Of a stretch of 64,000 bases of DNA, positions 34,785 to 43,991 are shown piece after piece. Made by a program: the position numbers and the translations under genes. The DNA is from an uncultured Bacillota bacterium (lineage in GTDB: Bacteria > Sysuimicrobiota > Sysuimicrobiia > Sysuimicrobiales > Segetimicrobiaceae), in NCBI GenBank assembly GCA_963804645.1, contig CAWDRG010000009.1:448001-512000 (forward strand), in the 5' to 3' direction. The notes below the pieces were generated by a model. It did no database searches. It worked only from the letters and a program-made list of their open reading frames with translations, and was not told the origin of the DNA. Within the stretch, counting starts at the first letter, position 1. The number at the start of each line of letters is the position of its first letter.

Positions 34785-35642
34785 TTAGGGAGAAGCATCC
34801 AATCCGTAGCGATCCAGCGCTGCTCGGATCTGGCTGAGCAACTCAGTGCCCAGTTGGCGCCCGTTCGGGAGTTGGTCGTCTCGATCCCAGCGCCACGTTG
34901 CGACCATCGCCAGCATGAGGACCCGGCACTCGCGAAGCAGGTCTTGATCAGCAGTTGAGATAGTGCTCGCCGACTTCTTCGGGGGCATGTGCGACGTCGA
35001 ATTCGACAGGTCCGCGGCAACACGTCTCGAGATCCACAAACAGCAGCCGTTTCTTCGTTCTGAGCAAGTTGCCCGGATGCGGCTCGCCATGGAGCAGCTG
35101 CTCGTGCGCGCCGCGATCGGCGATCGCGCGCCTCAACGCTTCGCAGCGTGTTGATGAGAAGGTCCCGGTCCGAGTCGGCAAGCTCCGGAGTCTGCGCGCG
35201 GTTGCCGACCAGCCGCTGCGCCTCCGCGACCCGATCCGTGAAGTGCGGCGCAGTCACATCGATCTGTCGCATGCCGGCATGCAGCTGCTCGAGCGCCTGC
35301 GCATAGTCGCGCGGCGCGACATCTCCTGGCGGCACAGGCTCGTAGTAGGTCCACAGCGTGACCACGAAGTCGTCACGCACGTAGACACGCGGCTCCACCC
35401 GAGGCTCAAGCTCGGCCACCGGGCTATCGGTTTCGGCAAGCCGTCGAGCGACCTCGACCTCGAACTCTGCGCCTGGCCTGATGCGCTACATGCGCGACCC
35501 GAGCAAGAACGTCACAAGGCAGCAGGCGCACCGCGAGCCGGTTCGAGTCCTGAAGAACAACCGCGTCATCGACCCTCAGGCCAAGCCCTGTGGCCGTGGA
35601 CATCCCTGCCGCCACCGCGCTTGGAATTTCTGATGCCTTCAT
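34785..35642 (-). pseudogene. Aminoglycoside phosphotransferase (APH)-like kinase, 3 frameshifts
   Basis: SNRLAVRL, VTLWTY, QLLHGEPHPGNLL, FVDLETCCRGPVEFD across four ORF pieces. Confidence 0.75.
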
Positions 35643-35877
35643 CGTCGCCTCGCTGTCATTGCCTCTCCGTCGCGTCGGCGCGCCGCCCGTATTCCTGCGC
35701 GCGCCACAGACATTCGAGCGTCCCACGCCAATCGTCCTCTGCCAGCGGAATCGCACGTTTTGCGGGGGGGGGGGCACAGGGGGCGGCGCTGGGGACCCGC
35801 TGGATCCGCCAGACTGGCTGATCGGTAGTTATCGGACAACCTGATCGGGTTGACCCCAGATTAGGTGATCGGTTTCA

Positions 35878-36495
35878 CTAGAATCCGCAGTCATACGCCA
35901 ACCGCGTGATCGCTTCCATCACGCGCGCGGTCAGCGCCGATTGCTCGTGTCTCGACGGCGCCTCCGGCGGGGCGATGGGCTCGCCAATGCGAACAGCGAT
36001 CCTCCCGCGGCGAGGCCAGGTCGTTCCCGACGGCCACACCTCATGTGTCCCCACGATCCCCACCGGGATGATCGCGGCATGGGCCCGGGCCGCCACGAAT
36101 GCCATGCCGTCTTGGGCGCGCTGAAGTCTTCCGTCGGCGCTGATATTGCCTTCCGGGAAGATTACAAGCGCCTCGCCGCGGTCGAGGCGTGCAAGGCAGT
36201 CCTCGATCGCGCGGCGGTCGAACCCTCCGCGTCTGATCGGCACGACGGGAAACAGGCGGATCAGCCTTCCGAGGACAGGCCTCGTGAGCAGTTCCGCCGC
36301 GGCGAGGAAGGTACAGCGGCGCGGCACAGCCGCCCCCAGCACCACCGCGTCGATGTCGCTTCTGTGGTTTGGGGCGAGGATGATCGGGCCTCTTCGGGGG
36401 ATGTGCCGCTCGCCCGTGACCGTCAGTCCGAACCCGAGTCTGAGAATCCTCCGGGAGAACCACCGGGCCGCTGCGTACCTGACCATCACGCGCAC
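35878..36495 (-). CDS. Lysophospholipid / 1-acyl-sn-glycerol-3-phosphate acyltransferase (PlsC-like)
   Basis: NHRSDID (HX4D), PIRRG, IFPEG, IPVGI. Confidence 0.88.
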   Translation of the reverse strand: MRVMVRYAAARWFSRRILRLGFGLTVTGERHIPRRGPIILAPNHRSDIDAVVLGAAVPRRCTFLAAAELLTRPVLGRLIRLFPVVPIRRGGFDRRAIEDCLARLDRGEALVIFPEGNISADGRLQRAQDGMAFVAARAHAAIIPVGIVGTHEVWPSGTTWPRRGRIAVRIGEPIAPPEAPSRHEQSALTARVMEAITRLAYDCGF

Positions 36496-36625
36496 GGGGG
36501 CGGTTTTGTTCGACGGCCTGCTATCAGACGTGGTGGAAGGCGAACGTGCAGGGCCGCATCGCAGCCGCGAGGGAAACGAAGCCGTGGCCCGGCTGCCTGG
36601 GTTTGGAAAGATCCCCTACCAGACG

Positions 36626-36900
36626 TTACAAGTCCGATGGTGCAATGGGGATCGGATCAGACCTGTGTCTTTGCCTAATTTCTTCAACTTTGCGCCTCTG
36701 GCCGAAATACGAAACGCTGGACAACAGCCCGCACAACACCGTAACTACTACTCCCAGCGCCAGGAACGTAACAACGGCACTGAAGTCCAGACTACTCATC
36801 AAAGCTATCAAAAAAGAGACTGCTGCACCAAGTCCAATTCCAAGAAATGTCAGAGTGATCACCAGTTGATTTACGACCGTTGCGATTTGATACTGTTTTC
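36626..36900 (-). pseudogene. Low-GC fragment of a two-helix membrane protein gene, truncated next to the att arm
   Basis: Hydrophobic ORF (ITLTFLGIGLGAAVSFL...) with no convincing start. Confidence 0.35.
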
Positions 36901-36927
36901 GTTATGGATGGCGGCGATATTCAGCGG

Positions 36928-37110
36928 TTGCTAACGCTTTGCAAACGGACGGTGCGGAAAGGGATCGTACACGATGACACACAATAACACACCTCGCAGT
37001 GAGGACCCGCGCGGGACGACGCTCCCCGGTACAGGTTTGTACTGAGCGACAATTGGGGTGGTGAGCTTTTAACCCAGGCGTCGGGGGTTCGATCCCCTCA
37101 CGGCCCATCA
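36928..37110 (+). mobile_element. attR-like unit 1: 137-nt arm plus 3' half of tRNA-Lys (37065-37110)
   Basis: GCTTTTAACCCAGGCGTCGGGGGTTCGATCCCCTCACGGCCCATCA matches tRNA 34428-34473 with 2 mismatches. Confidence 0.88.
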
Positions 37111-37288
37111 CATCAAGGGTTTTTTGCGCGCGGTGGCTTTCGCTTGCTGCTCTGTCGCTGTTCCCATCTCGAGGCAGGCGGATGCATTTTTGATGCCACG
37201 CGAGGGGGGCGTGCCCGAGAACCTGCGGTCTCGGTGGAAGAAAGGGCAAGCATCCCCGAACCTCAGCGGGTGAGGTAGGGTGATCGGA

Positions 37289-37672
37289 TCACAGGGTCCC
37301 GCTAAAATGTACTTCCCATGCTTTCGTGCAACCGATGGGTCCCCCTGTAGCATGTACGTCAAACCTGGCATTATTGTGGTCCTTTAGGGAAATCTGCTGC
37401 GAATTTCCGAGTGAACTTTTGTACCACACTAAGGTTTGCTCGGATACAAGAATGGGCTTTCCATAGATCTCCAACCACACGAAGCCGCCCCTGCGAATGC
37501 CCCAGGGTTGCCCGGAGTCATCGGTTGACCTTCGCACAAGAATACCAATGTCAGTCGGAGTCGTATTGAACACCAAGATGCATCCTTGTCGCGCCCCAGT
37601 TAGCGCCGCGCCCCTCCCGGCCACCGCTAAACACAGTCCCATCGCAAGCACCGCGATTGCCAGCCGCTTCAT
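37289..37672 (-). CDS. Secreted hypothetical protein
   Basis: Signal peptide MKRLAIAVLAMGLCLAVA; GGGGAAG RBS; lower GC. Confidence 0.65.
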   Translation of the reverse strand: MKRLAIAVLAMGLCLAVAGRGAALTGARQGCILVFNTTPTDIGILVRRSTDDSGQPWGIRRGGFVWLEIYGKPILVSEQTLVWYKSSLGNSQQISLKDHNNARFDVHATGGPIGCTKAWEVHFSGTL

Positions 37673-37922
37673 CGTCTTCCCCCTTGTCCCGTTCGGCCGA
37701 CGCTCCCATGCGGATCATTTGGTGGTTCGGCGGAAACCCGCTTCTCGCCTATACAGGGCACGGTGCGCATAAAGGAACTCCTTCTGCAACCCCTAAGATC
37801 GCGCACACGGTTTCCGGGCGCCGGGATCACCACCCTTTCGTGACAGGACACGCGAGACGGTACGTGAGGATCGTCTCTCGCCCCGCTCACCCCTATCCTG
37901 AGCCCGGTTGGGATTATCATTC

Positions 37923-38075
37923 TCACGACATGGGCATTGGCCGGTGGGAGAAACCAGCCAATCCCAACGCCAAGAGGAGGATTAGCGCCAGCAGTAGGAT
38001 CAGGACGTACCCGAGGCGATCCGCCCAAGCAAGCAACGGCTCCTGGTCGATGCGTGGCTTGTGCGTCTGTCGAAT
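37923..38075 (-). CDS. Putative 50-aa single-pass membrane protein with ATT start
   Basis: GGAGGAGGGAG RBS, then ATT; LGYVLILLLALILLLALGLAGF helix; TGA at 37923. Confidence 0.45.
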   Translation of the reverse strand: MRQTHKPRIDQEPLLAWADRLGYVLILLLALILLLALGLAGFSHRPMPMS

Positions 38076-38461
38076 TGTATCTCCCTCCTCCTGCCACGGC
38101 ACATTCTCCAGGCGTCCGAGTTTGGCGCTGGTGCCGTTGCGATACCAGATGAATCGCAGGGGCGATCCACGCGGGCGACCGTGCTTCTGACGATCACCCC
38201 GGCGCCGCGGCTGCGCAAGCGCTCGGCGAGCCGGTGTTCGCCCTCACCCTCCTCCGGGACCGCGCTCCCCGTTCGCTGCCGCTCGGGTCCGGCCTGCCGC
38301 GGCGAAACCCACAGCCGGCGTGCGAGGCAAATTACTCTGCAGACCGGATGGCCCTGGGAGGGGTCTTCCACTATGTTGGTGGAGGCGGCGCGGAATCGGA
38401 ACAACCCTGCGCACCTCGTGCGTCTCGGAATCCAAACGGTGGGGACGGGAGGAGACGGCAG

Positions 38462-39742
38462 ATGGCGGATCGGTCAGCGAAGGCGGCGGCGACGGCACCG
38501 CGTGCGGACCCCTGGCAGGCTGCGCGCCAGCAGTTCTCGGCCGCGGCTGACGTGCTTGAGCTGAAGCACGGGGTACGCGACCTGCTCCTGGAGCCCAAGC
38601 GGGAACTGACCGTGAACTTTCCCGTCGAATTCCAGGACGAATCCGTGCGCGTGTTCACGGGGTACCGCGTCCACCACAGCACCGTGCTGGGTCCCACCAA
38701 AGGCGGCATCCGCTACCATCCGGACGTGACCCTGGACGAGGTCCGGGCGCTCGCGATGTGGATGACGTGGAAGTGCGCCGTCGTGGGGCTGCCCTACGGC
38801 GGCGCAAAAGGCGGCGTCGTCTGTAACCCGAAGGAGCTCTCGCGGCGGGAGCTCGAGAGCCTCACGCGCCGCTACACGACCGAGATCATGCCGCTGATCG
38901 GGCCGGAGAGTGACATTCCGGCGCCCGACGTCGGCACGACCCCACAGGTGATGGCGTGGCTCATGGACACGTACAGCATGCACCGCGGCTACTCGGTCCC
39001 CGCGGTGGTGACCGGCAAACCGCTCGCGATCGGCGGCTCCGCCGGCCGGGTCGAGGCAACCGGACGCGGCGTGATGATCGCGGCCCGGGAAGCGGCGCGC
39101 CACCTCGGGATGCCGCTCGCCGGGGCGCGGGTCGTCGTGCAGGGGTACGGAAACGTCGGCAGCATCGCGGCGCAGCTCCTCGCCGAGCAGGGCTGCCGAA
39201 TCATCGCGGCCAGCGACAGCACCGGAGGCGTGTATAACGAGAAGGGCATCGACCCTAGCGCGCTGCTGCGGCACAAGGGGCGGACGGGCGGCGTCGTCAA
39301 TTACGGGGCGGCGGACGGGATCACCAACGACGACCTGCTCGAGCTGCCGTGCGAGCTCCTCGTCCCGAGCGCGCTCGAGGGTCAGATCGCGGCCGAGAAC
39401 GCGCCGCGGATCAAGACGCGCATGATCGTAGAGGGAGCGAACGGGCCGGTCACCCCGGAAGCGGACCGGATCCTCAACGCCGCCGGCGTCCTTGTCGTTC
39501 CGGATATCCTCGCCAACGCGGGCGGGGTCATCGTCTCCTACTTCGAGTGGGTCCAGGATCTCCAGTCGTTCTTCTGGTCCGAAGAGGAGATCAACAAACG
39601 GCTCGAGGGGATCATGGTGCGGAGCTTCCGCGAAGTGCTGGCGACCTCTCAGGAGAAGAGCGTGGAGATGCGGACAGGGGCGCTCGTCCGCGCGGTGGGA
39701 CGGGTGGCGGACGCCCTCCTGCTCCGCGGGATCTACCCGTAA
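38462..39742 (+). CDS. gdhA: Glu/Leu/Phe/Val dehydrogenase (glutamate dehydrogenase)
   Basis: GPTKGGIRY, MTWKCA, GGAKGG, DIPAPDVGT, VTGKP, EATGRG, QGYGNVG, EGANGP, NAGGVIVSYFEW. Confidence 0.95.
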   Translation: MADRSAKAAATAPRADPWQAARQQFSAAADVLELKHGVRDLLLEPKRELTVNFPVEFQDESVRVFTGYRVHHSTVLGPTKGGIRYHPDVTLDEVRALAMWMTWKCAVVGLPYGGAKGGVVCNPKELSRRELESLTRRYTTEIMPLIGPESDIPAPDVGTTPQVMAWLMDTYSMHRGYSVPAVVTGKPLAIGGSAGRVEATGRGVMIAAREAARHLGMPLAGARVVVQGYGNVGSIAAQLLAEQGCRIIAASDSTGGVYNEKGIDPSALLRHKGRTGGVVNYGAADGITNDDLLELPCELLVPSALEGQIAAENAPRIKTRMIVEGANGPVTPEADRILNAAGVLVVPDILANAGGVIVSYFEWVQDLQSFFWSEEEINKRLEGIMVRSFREVLATSQEKSVEMRTGALVRAVGRVADALLLRGIYP

Positions 39743-40319
39743 GCGCGGCGCACGCAGGTACCGCGATCGAGAGACCTCGGGGAAGGGTCCCACGACGCGT
39801 CCGCGCACGAATCGCACGCTCAGGCCGTCGAGGCGTTCCCGCTCGCCAGGCGTGTAGCAGGCTGCACTTCCGAGCGCACCCACGGCGAGCACCTGCACCG
39901 CTATGCCGCCGCCGTGCTGAATCCACCCCGGCTCGCTGTCCAAGCGCGACTGCACGGTTCGAATCGTACTATCGGACAGTAACTTTTGAGTTAAACATAA
40001 TCGATATTTGATACTGAACAACAAGAACGTAATCGAATAACGTTCGATGCTTTGCTCCAACGATCGCCTAGCAATAGCGCAGGCGCTGGGTGCACCGCTG
40101 GATAGGGAGCGTCTCGAGCAAAAGCGGGCTAAGCGGATTTCGGTTGCCGCGCCGTTTTCGGTGTCAATCGAGAGCCCACAGAATACCTTCAACGCTTGGA
40201 GGAGCGGGCGGTCGGCTGGATGGGTCGGTTCGTGGACGTGTTTCGAGCGAGAGTCGAAGCGCTCCCGTAGTCGCGGAATTGAGACCGCTGTGGTGTTGGT
40301 GCGGAGACGGGACCCTTTT

Positions 40320-40462
40320 TTGCTAACGCTTTGCAAACGGACGGTGCGGAACGGGATGGTACAGGGTGACGCAGCATGACACGGCGCGACGTCGGACCTA
40401 GCACAGGACGGCACGCGCAAGCGCAGGGTGACACTAGACGAGACGACGCAGGCGAGATAGCT
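40320..40462 (+). mobile_element. Orphan att arm (no tRNA half)
   Basis: First 32 nt identical to the arm at 36928; colinear with the 49908 arm; stops at AGCT where the tRNA half begins in the other copies. Confidence 0.8.
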
Positions 40463-40485
40463 AAGGGCAAAGGCGTGACGGTGAA

Positions 40486-40588
40486 GGGGTGGGTCAATTC
40501 TAGACAGGCGGCCGGTGATGCGCCGGTTCGGCGGGGTGGGTCAATTCGAAAGCGGCGGAGGTGGGTTACTTTCAATAAGGTGTTGGCA
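40486..40588 (+). mobile_element. IS21-family-like right end remnant
   Basis: GGGGTGGGTCAATTC at 40486 and 40533, GGTGGGTTACTTTC at 40560, ending TGTTGGCA; multiple subterminal repeats ending in CA are the IS21 end architecture. Confidence 0.6.
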
Positions 40589-40771
40589 ATAGCTCCGGCT
40601 TTCCATCGACGCTCGCGGTGAGGGTTGTATAGCCATCATTCAGCCTCCACCGTGTTCATCCAGGAATTTCAGGCAGATGCACGCCACACATTCGACAGCA
40701 GGTGCGGCGAATAGACCTGCGGAGGGCTTGGGTGGTCCTCGCAGGCGGGAAGGGTGTCGTGCCGAGGTCGC

Positions 40772-41880
40772 TTAGACAGGGAACAAGAGGAGTATCCCTT
40801 GCAGTCTACGAAGGGCATCTCCCAAATCTTTGTCCGATTGTATCAGGCCGTTGACATACTTAGATGCTGCCTCAGCAGCTTGTCTGTCGGTATAGTTAGT
40901 TGTCTCCCTGAGGGTCGTCACTATATCGATCTTCGCAGTAAGATAGCCAGTATGCCCTGTCGAATAAAATGCCGCGTAGATTCGGGCAAGAACAGAGAGA
41001 AGATCATCTATGATAAGCTTGACCTCGACATCGGTCTCATTCTTTTTGTTCTCTCGAGAAAAGCTTTCCAGGAAGGAAAATCACCTATGCTTAGTTGGCG
41101 CGCATAGAGATATTCGATTTGCTTGTACGTATCGTCTCGTTTGGCTTCGCCGTGGAAAGGGATGAAGAATCTGGAAATTCTCATCACGAAACGTTCGAAA
41201 ACGATTTTGAATTTCTTTAGCCGTTGCAAGAAGGCCTTCAAGTCGCACCTTCGCATCGCTTGTAGTTGGTTGCGCAAACGCTTTGACGTCGAAGGTTAAG
41301 ACGATCAGGTCTTTGGCCTCTTTCGAGAAGATTCACTTACTAGCTGTAAGACCGTGTCGCGACGCTATGACCGTCCATTTCTCTTGGTCTTTACGCAAGT
41401 CGATCCTAAAGAATACATCGTTGTCGGTTATTGTCGGTCGCAAGGCATTCCAGACAACGAATACGCTAGCTCCACTAGCAGGCTCTCCATTTGCGAAAAC
41501 CTTTCCAGCTGCGGTTATCATTTAGTGCCAGTTTCAGCGCCTCGTGTGAGAAGGTTCGTTGGTATAGCAGTAGCAATGGGCTACGTACGGATTGCCGCAA
41601 TGAGTGCAGCTGTGAGCGCCGAACTCGACACCCTAGGTAGAGTGCCGTATAAGGCTGTCCCAGCGGCACGAAGCCTACGATGACGAGGTAAAGCGCAGTT
41701 GGCTCCAGGATCCGAAGCTGGGCACGGACATTAGCAGAGAGATCGGGGATCTAAAGATTCCAAGATGGAGAGCTGAGAGAGAATGGGGCAGCCGCCGCTA
41801 TCAGACCAACCGTGAATAATATTGCAGTTACCTCTGTTGGGAAGCCAGAGAAGGGTGTATATGCTTTGCTTATCCACCGT
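40772..41880 (-). pseudogene. Decayed low-GC gene for a membrane-anchored hypothetical protein
   Basis: Segments TAILFTVGLIAAAAPF, GKVFANGEPASGASVFVV, KLIIDDLLSVLARI interrupted by stops and frameshifts. Confidence 0.4.
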
Positions 41881-41906
41881 CGACTCCGGCGACAGCGCCG
41901 CGGATA

Positions 41907-42065
41907 TCATGCCGTGGTCTTTCCTATACCAGAGGGTCCTTCGATCACAAGCCCTCTGCCGGCGTGCGCAGCGCCACGAGTAGCGTATCGTATTCAGCCG
42001 GTTAAACAGAGGTGCAAGTCGGAACACCGATAGCGTGAAGACTCTTCTAGATTGGGTTTGGACAC
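41907..42065 (-). pseudogene. N-terminal remnant of a P-loop (AAA-type) ATPase
   Basis: GGGGAGG RBS and GTG; reconstructs to MSKPNLEEVFTLSGVPT..V*PAEYDTLLVALRTPGRGLVIEGPSGIGKTTA* with 3 single-base gaps and an internal stop. Confidence 0.65.
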
Positions 42066-42327
42066 ACGAGTTCCTCCCCAGACGAAGGTTTTGGCGAACT
42101 GTTCTGGGGTCTAGCCAGTCGATCCTTCCTAATCGAGCGATCTCATCAAGTTCCAAAGTGTGCCACGAGCATCACCGAGTCCACTATTAATAACTCAGCG
42201 CCTCCTGGTGGCGGCGATATAGTTGCTGAAGCATGGCTGGAGCTCGCTGTTCCGCCAGTCAACCATGCCCCCAAGAATGCGCCAAGCAGCGCCCATCATC
42301 GCACAGCCCGGGTCTCGAAGGCACCAC

Positions 42328-42924
42328 TCAGCGTGCGCGCACGACGATCCCGCTGCCCCGGACGAGCGTGCCGTGATAGAGAAACGCGATCTGCCGGAAC
42401 GTCGCGTGTTGGTCGAACTCCGTGAGCGCCGACACCGCGTCGACGGGCACGATCACGCGAAACCACCGGAGCGCCGCGCTCCCCGCCGTGTGGAGCACGC
42501 AGATGTTGCTCACGGTACCGACGATGATGAGCGTGTCGATCCGACGCCGGTGGAGTTCGTGTTCGAGCGGCGTCCCGTAAAATCCGTCGTAGCGCACCTT
42601 CCGCAGGACGAGGTCGCCCGCCCTGGGCGCGAGCTCAGGGACGATCTCGGCGCCCCACGTGCCCGCCTCGGCGTGCGGCCCCCACAGCGCCGCCTCGGGA
42701 TCGTCCGACTCGTGCCAGTCCTGCGTGTAGATGACCGGCATACCGGGGGCCCGCGCGGCGGCGAGGAGCCCCGCGATCACGGGGATGGTGTTCCCGGCGC
42801 CCGGCACGCAGAGGCGCCCTTCGGGATTGACGAAATCGTTCTGCATGTCCACGATCAACAGCGCCGTCGTCGCGGGGGCGACGTCGACGCGCGACTCGAC
42901 CGTGTACTCCGGAATCTGGATCAT
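42328..42924 (-). CDS. Cysteine hydrolase (isochorismatase family)
   Basis: ALLIVDMQNDF, VIYTQDWH, RKVRYDGFYGT, GTVSNICVLHT. Confidence 0.92.
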   Translation of the reverse strand: MIQIPEYTVESRVDVAPATTALLIVDMQNDFVNPEGRLCVPGAGNTIPVIAGLLAAARAPGMPVIYTQDWHESDDPEAALWGPHAEAGTWGAEIVPELAPRAGDLVLRKVRYDGFYGTPLEHELHRRRIDTLIIVGTVSNICVLHTAGSAALRWFRVIVPVDAVSALTEFDQHATFRQIAFLYHGTLVRGSGIVVRAR

Positions 42925-43029
42925 CGCGCTCCCCTTTCCCACCCAAGGATTCGTTGCGGCGAGTCGGATTCTGGAGAGCCCTGGGCTCCCTCGCGGAGAG
43001 TTGCATAGACTGTCTCTGCCGCCGGCTCG

Positions 43030-43152
43030 AGCCGTTGCCTTCCCGCCGCGAGCAGCGCCGCCTCGTTCGCCATCTTCATCAAATCCGCCGCTGAACCCTG
43101 GCGTCCGTCGCATCAGCGCGTCAGGTTCACGTCGTCGGCGATCGGCTCTCCA
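43030..43152 (-). pseudogene. Short FtsH-like AAA lid-domain remnant
   Basis: Reconstructs to PIADDVNL.ALMRRTPGFSG.DLMKMANEAALLAAGR with frameshifts. Confidence 0.55.
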
Positions 43153-43345
43153 GTGCGTTGATGGACATCCGGCCAAAGGCAGCAGGGCGACAATCGGAGC
43201 TCGCAGCTCGGCTCGCCGTCCTGAAGATAGCAAGAATCCTCCGTGTTTGATGATCTCGACAGAGAATCTGGAGCAAGTTTCCAAACACATGATAGAGTAG
43301 GGTGGCGCAGTAACCAACGTGTCTACCCGATTGGGTCGCCAAGTC

Positions 43346-43534
43346 TTGCTAGCGCTGCGCGAAACGAACGGTGACGGAACAGGTTGGTGTCCGACGACGA
43401 GCACCGCGCGAACGTAACGAAGAGCCGAAGCCGACGGGGACGGCACGTGCGGGCGCAGCGTGATACGGGACGACAATATATGTTTGAAGCTCTTAACCCG
43501 GGCGTCGGGGGTTCGATCCCCCCACGGCCCGCCA
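43346..43534 (+). mobile_element. attR-like unit 2: divergent 143-nt arm plus 3' half of a tRNA-Lys with CTT anticodon loop (43489-43534)
   Basis: GCTCTTAACCCGGGCGTCGGGGGTTCGATCCCCCCACGGCCCGCCA; 3 mismatches to the resident tRNA. Confidence 0.85.
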
Positions 43535-43598
43535 ATCACAAACTGCGTCCGGAGCGGCTTTGCGCTCTTCTCCACCCCCCCCGCCCGAAAGAGGGCGG

Positions 43599-43881
43599 AT
43601 GAGCCCATTTGTCGAACGCCATCATGAGCGTGCCGTGAAGGCCAGTGCGGTTCATCCTAACGCACATCTTCACATCTACGGGAGACTGGATGAAGCGGCT
43701 TTGGATAAGCCGTTGCGGGAATATGCAGTTCCCAACGCGGCGCATTCCTCTCGAAGCTGTCATTCTGTTGCTTGCTGACGAATTTGAGATTCCCTGCGCC
43801 ACGGAAGAGGTGGTTTGGCGTCCTGCATTGGCGGAGGCAGATCGACTGTTCCGAGAAATTGCCCATGATCCGCAGCCTTAG
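43599..43881 (+). pseudogene. Frameshifted C-terminal fragment of a hypothetical protein
   Basis: HPNAHLHIYG...QFPTRRIPLEAVILLLADEF in two frames; lower GC. Confidence 0.35.
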
Positions 43882-43991
43882 CCTACCGTGCGATAACTTA
43901 GAAGCCTGGATTTCCGTTTTATGACGGAGCGGAAACCGTGGAGATGCGTCGAACGCCTTGATCTGTGCGGGTTTGAGGGCGGTGGCGACAC

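Noticed and set aside
37190..37222. Hammerhead ribozyme
   Set aside because: The core reads TTGATGC/CGAGA instead of CTGATGA/CGAAA
42209..42231. Fifth att arm (TGGCGGCGATAT..GTTGCT, similar to 36909-36932)
   Set aside because: Similarity stops after a 12-nt match plus GTTGCT; none of the internal arm motifs follow
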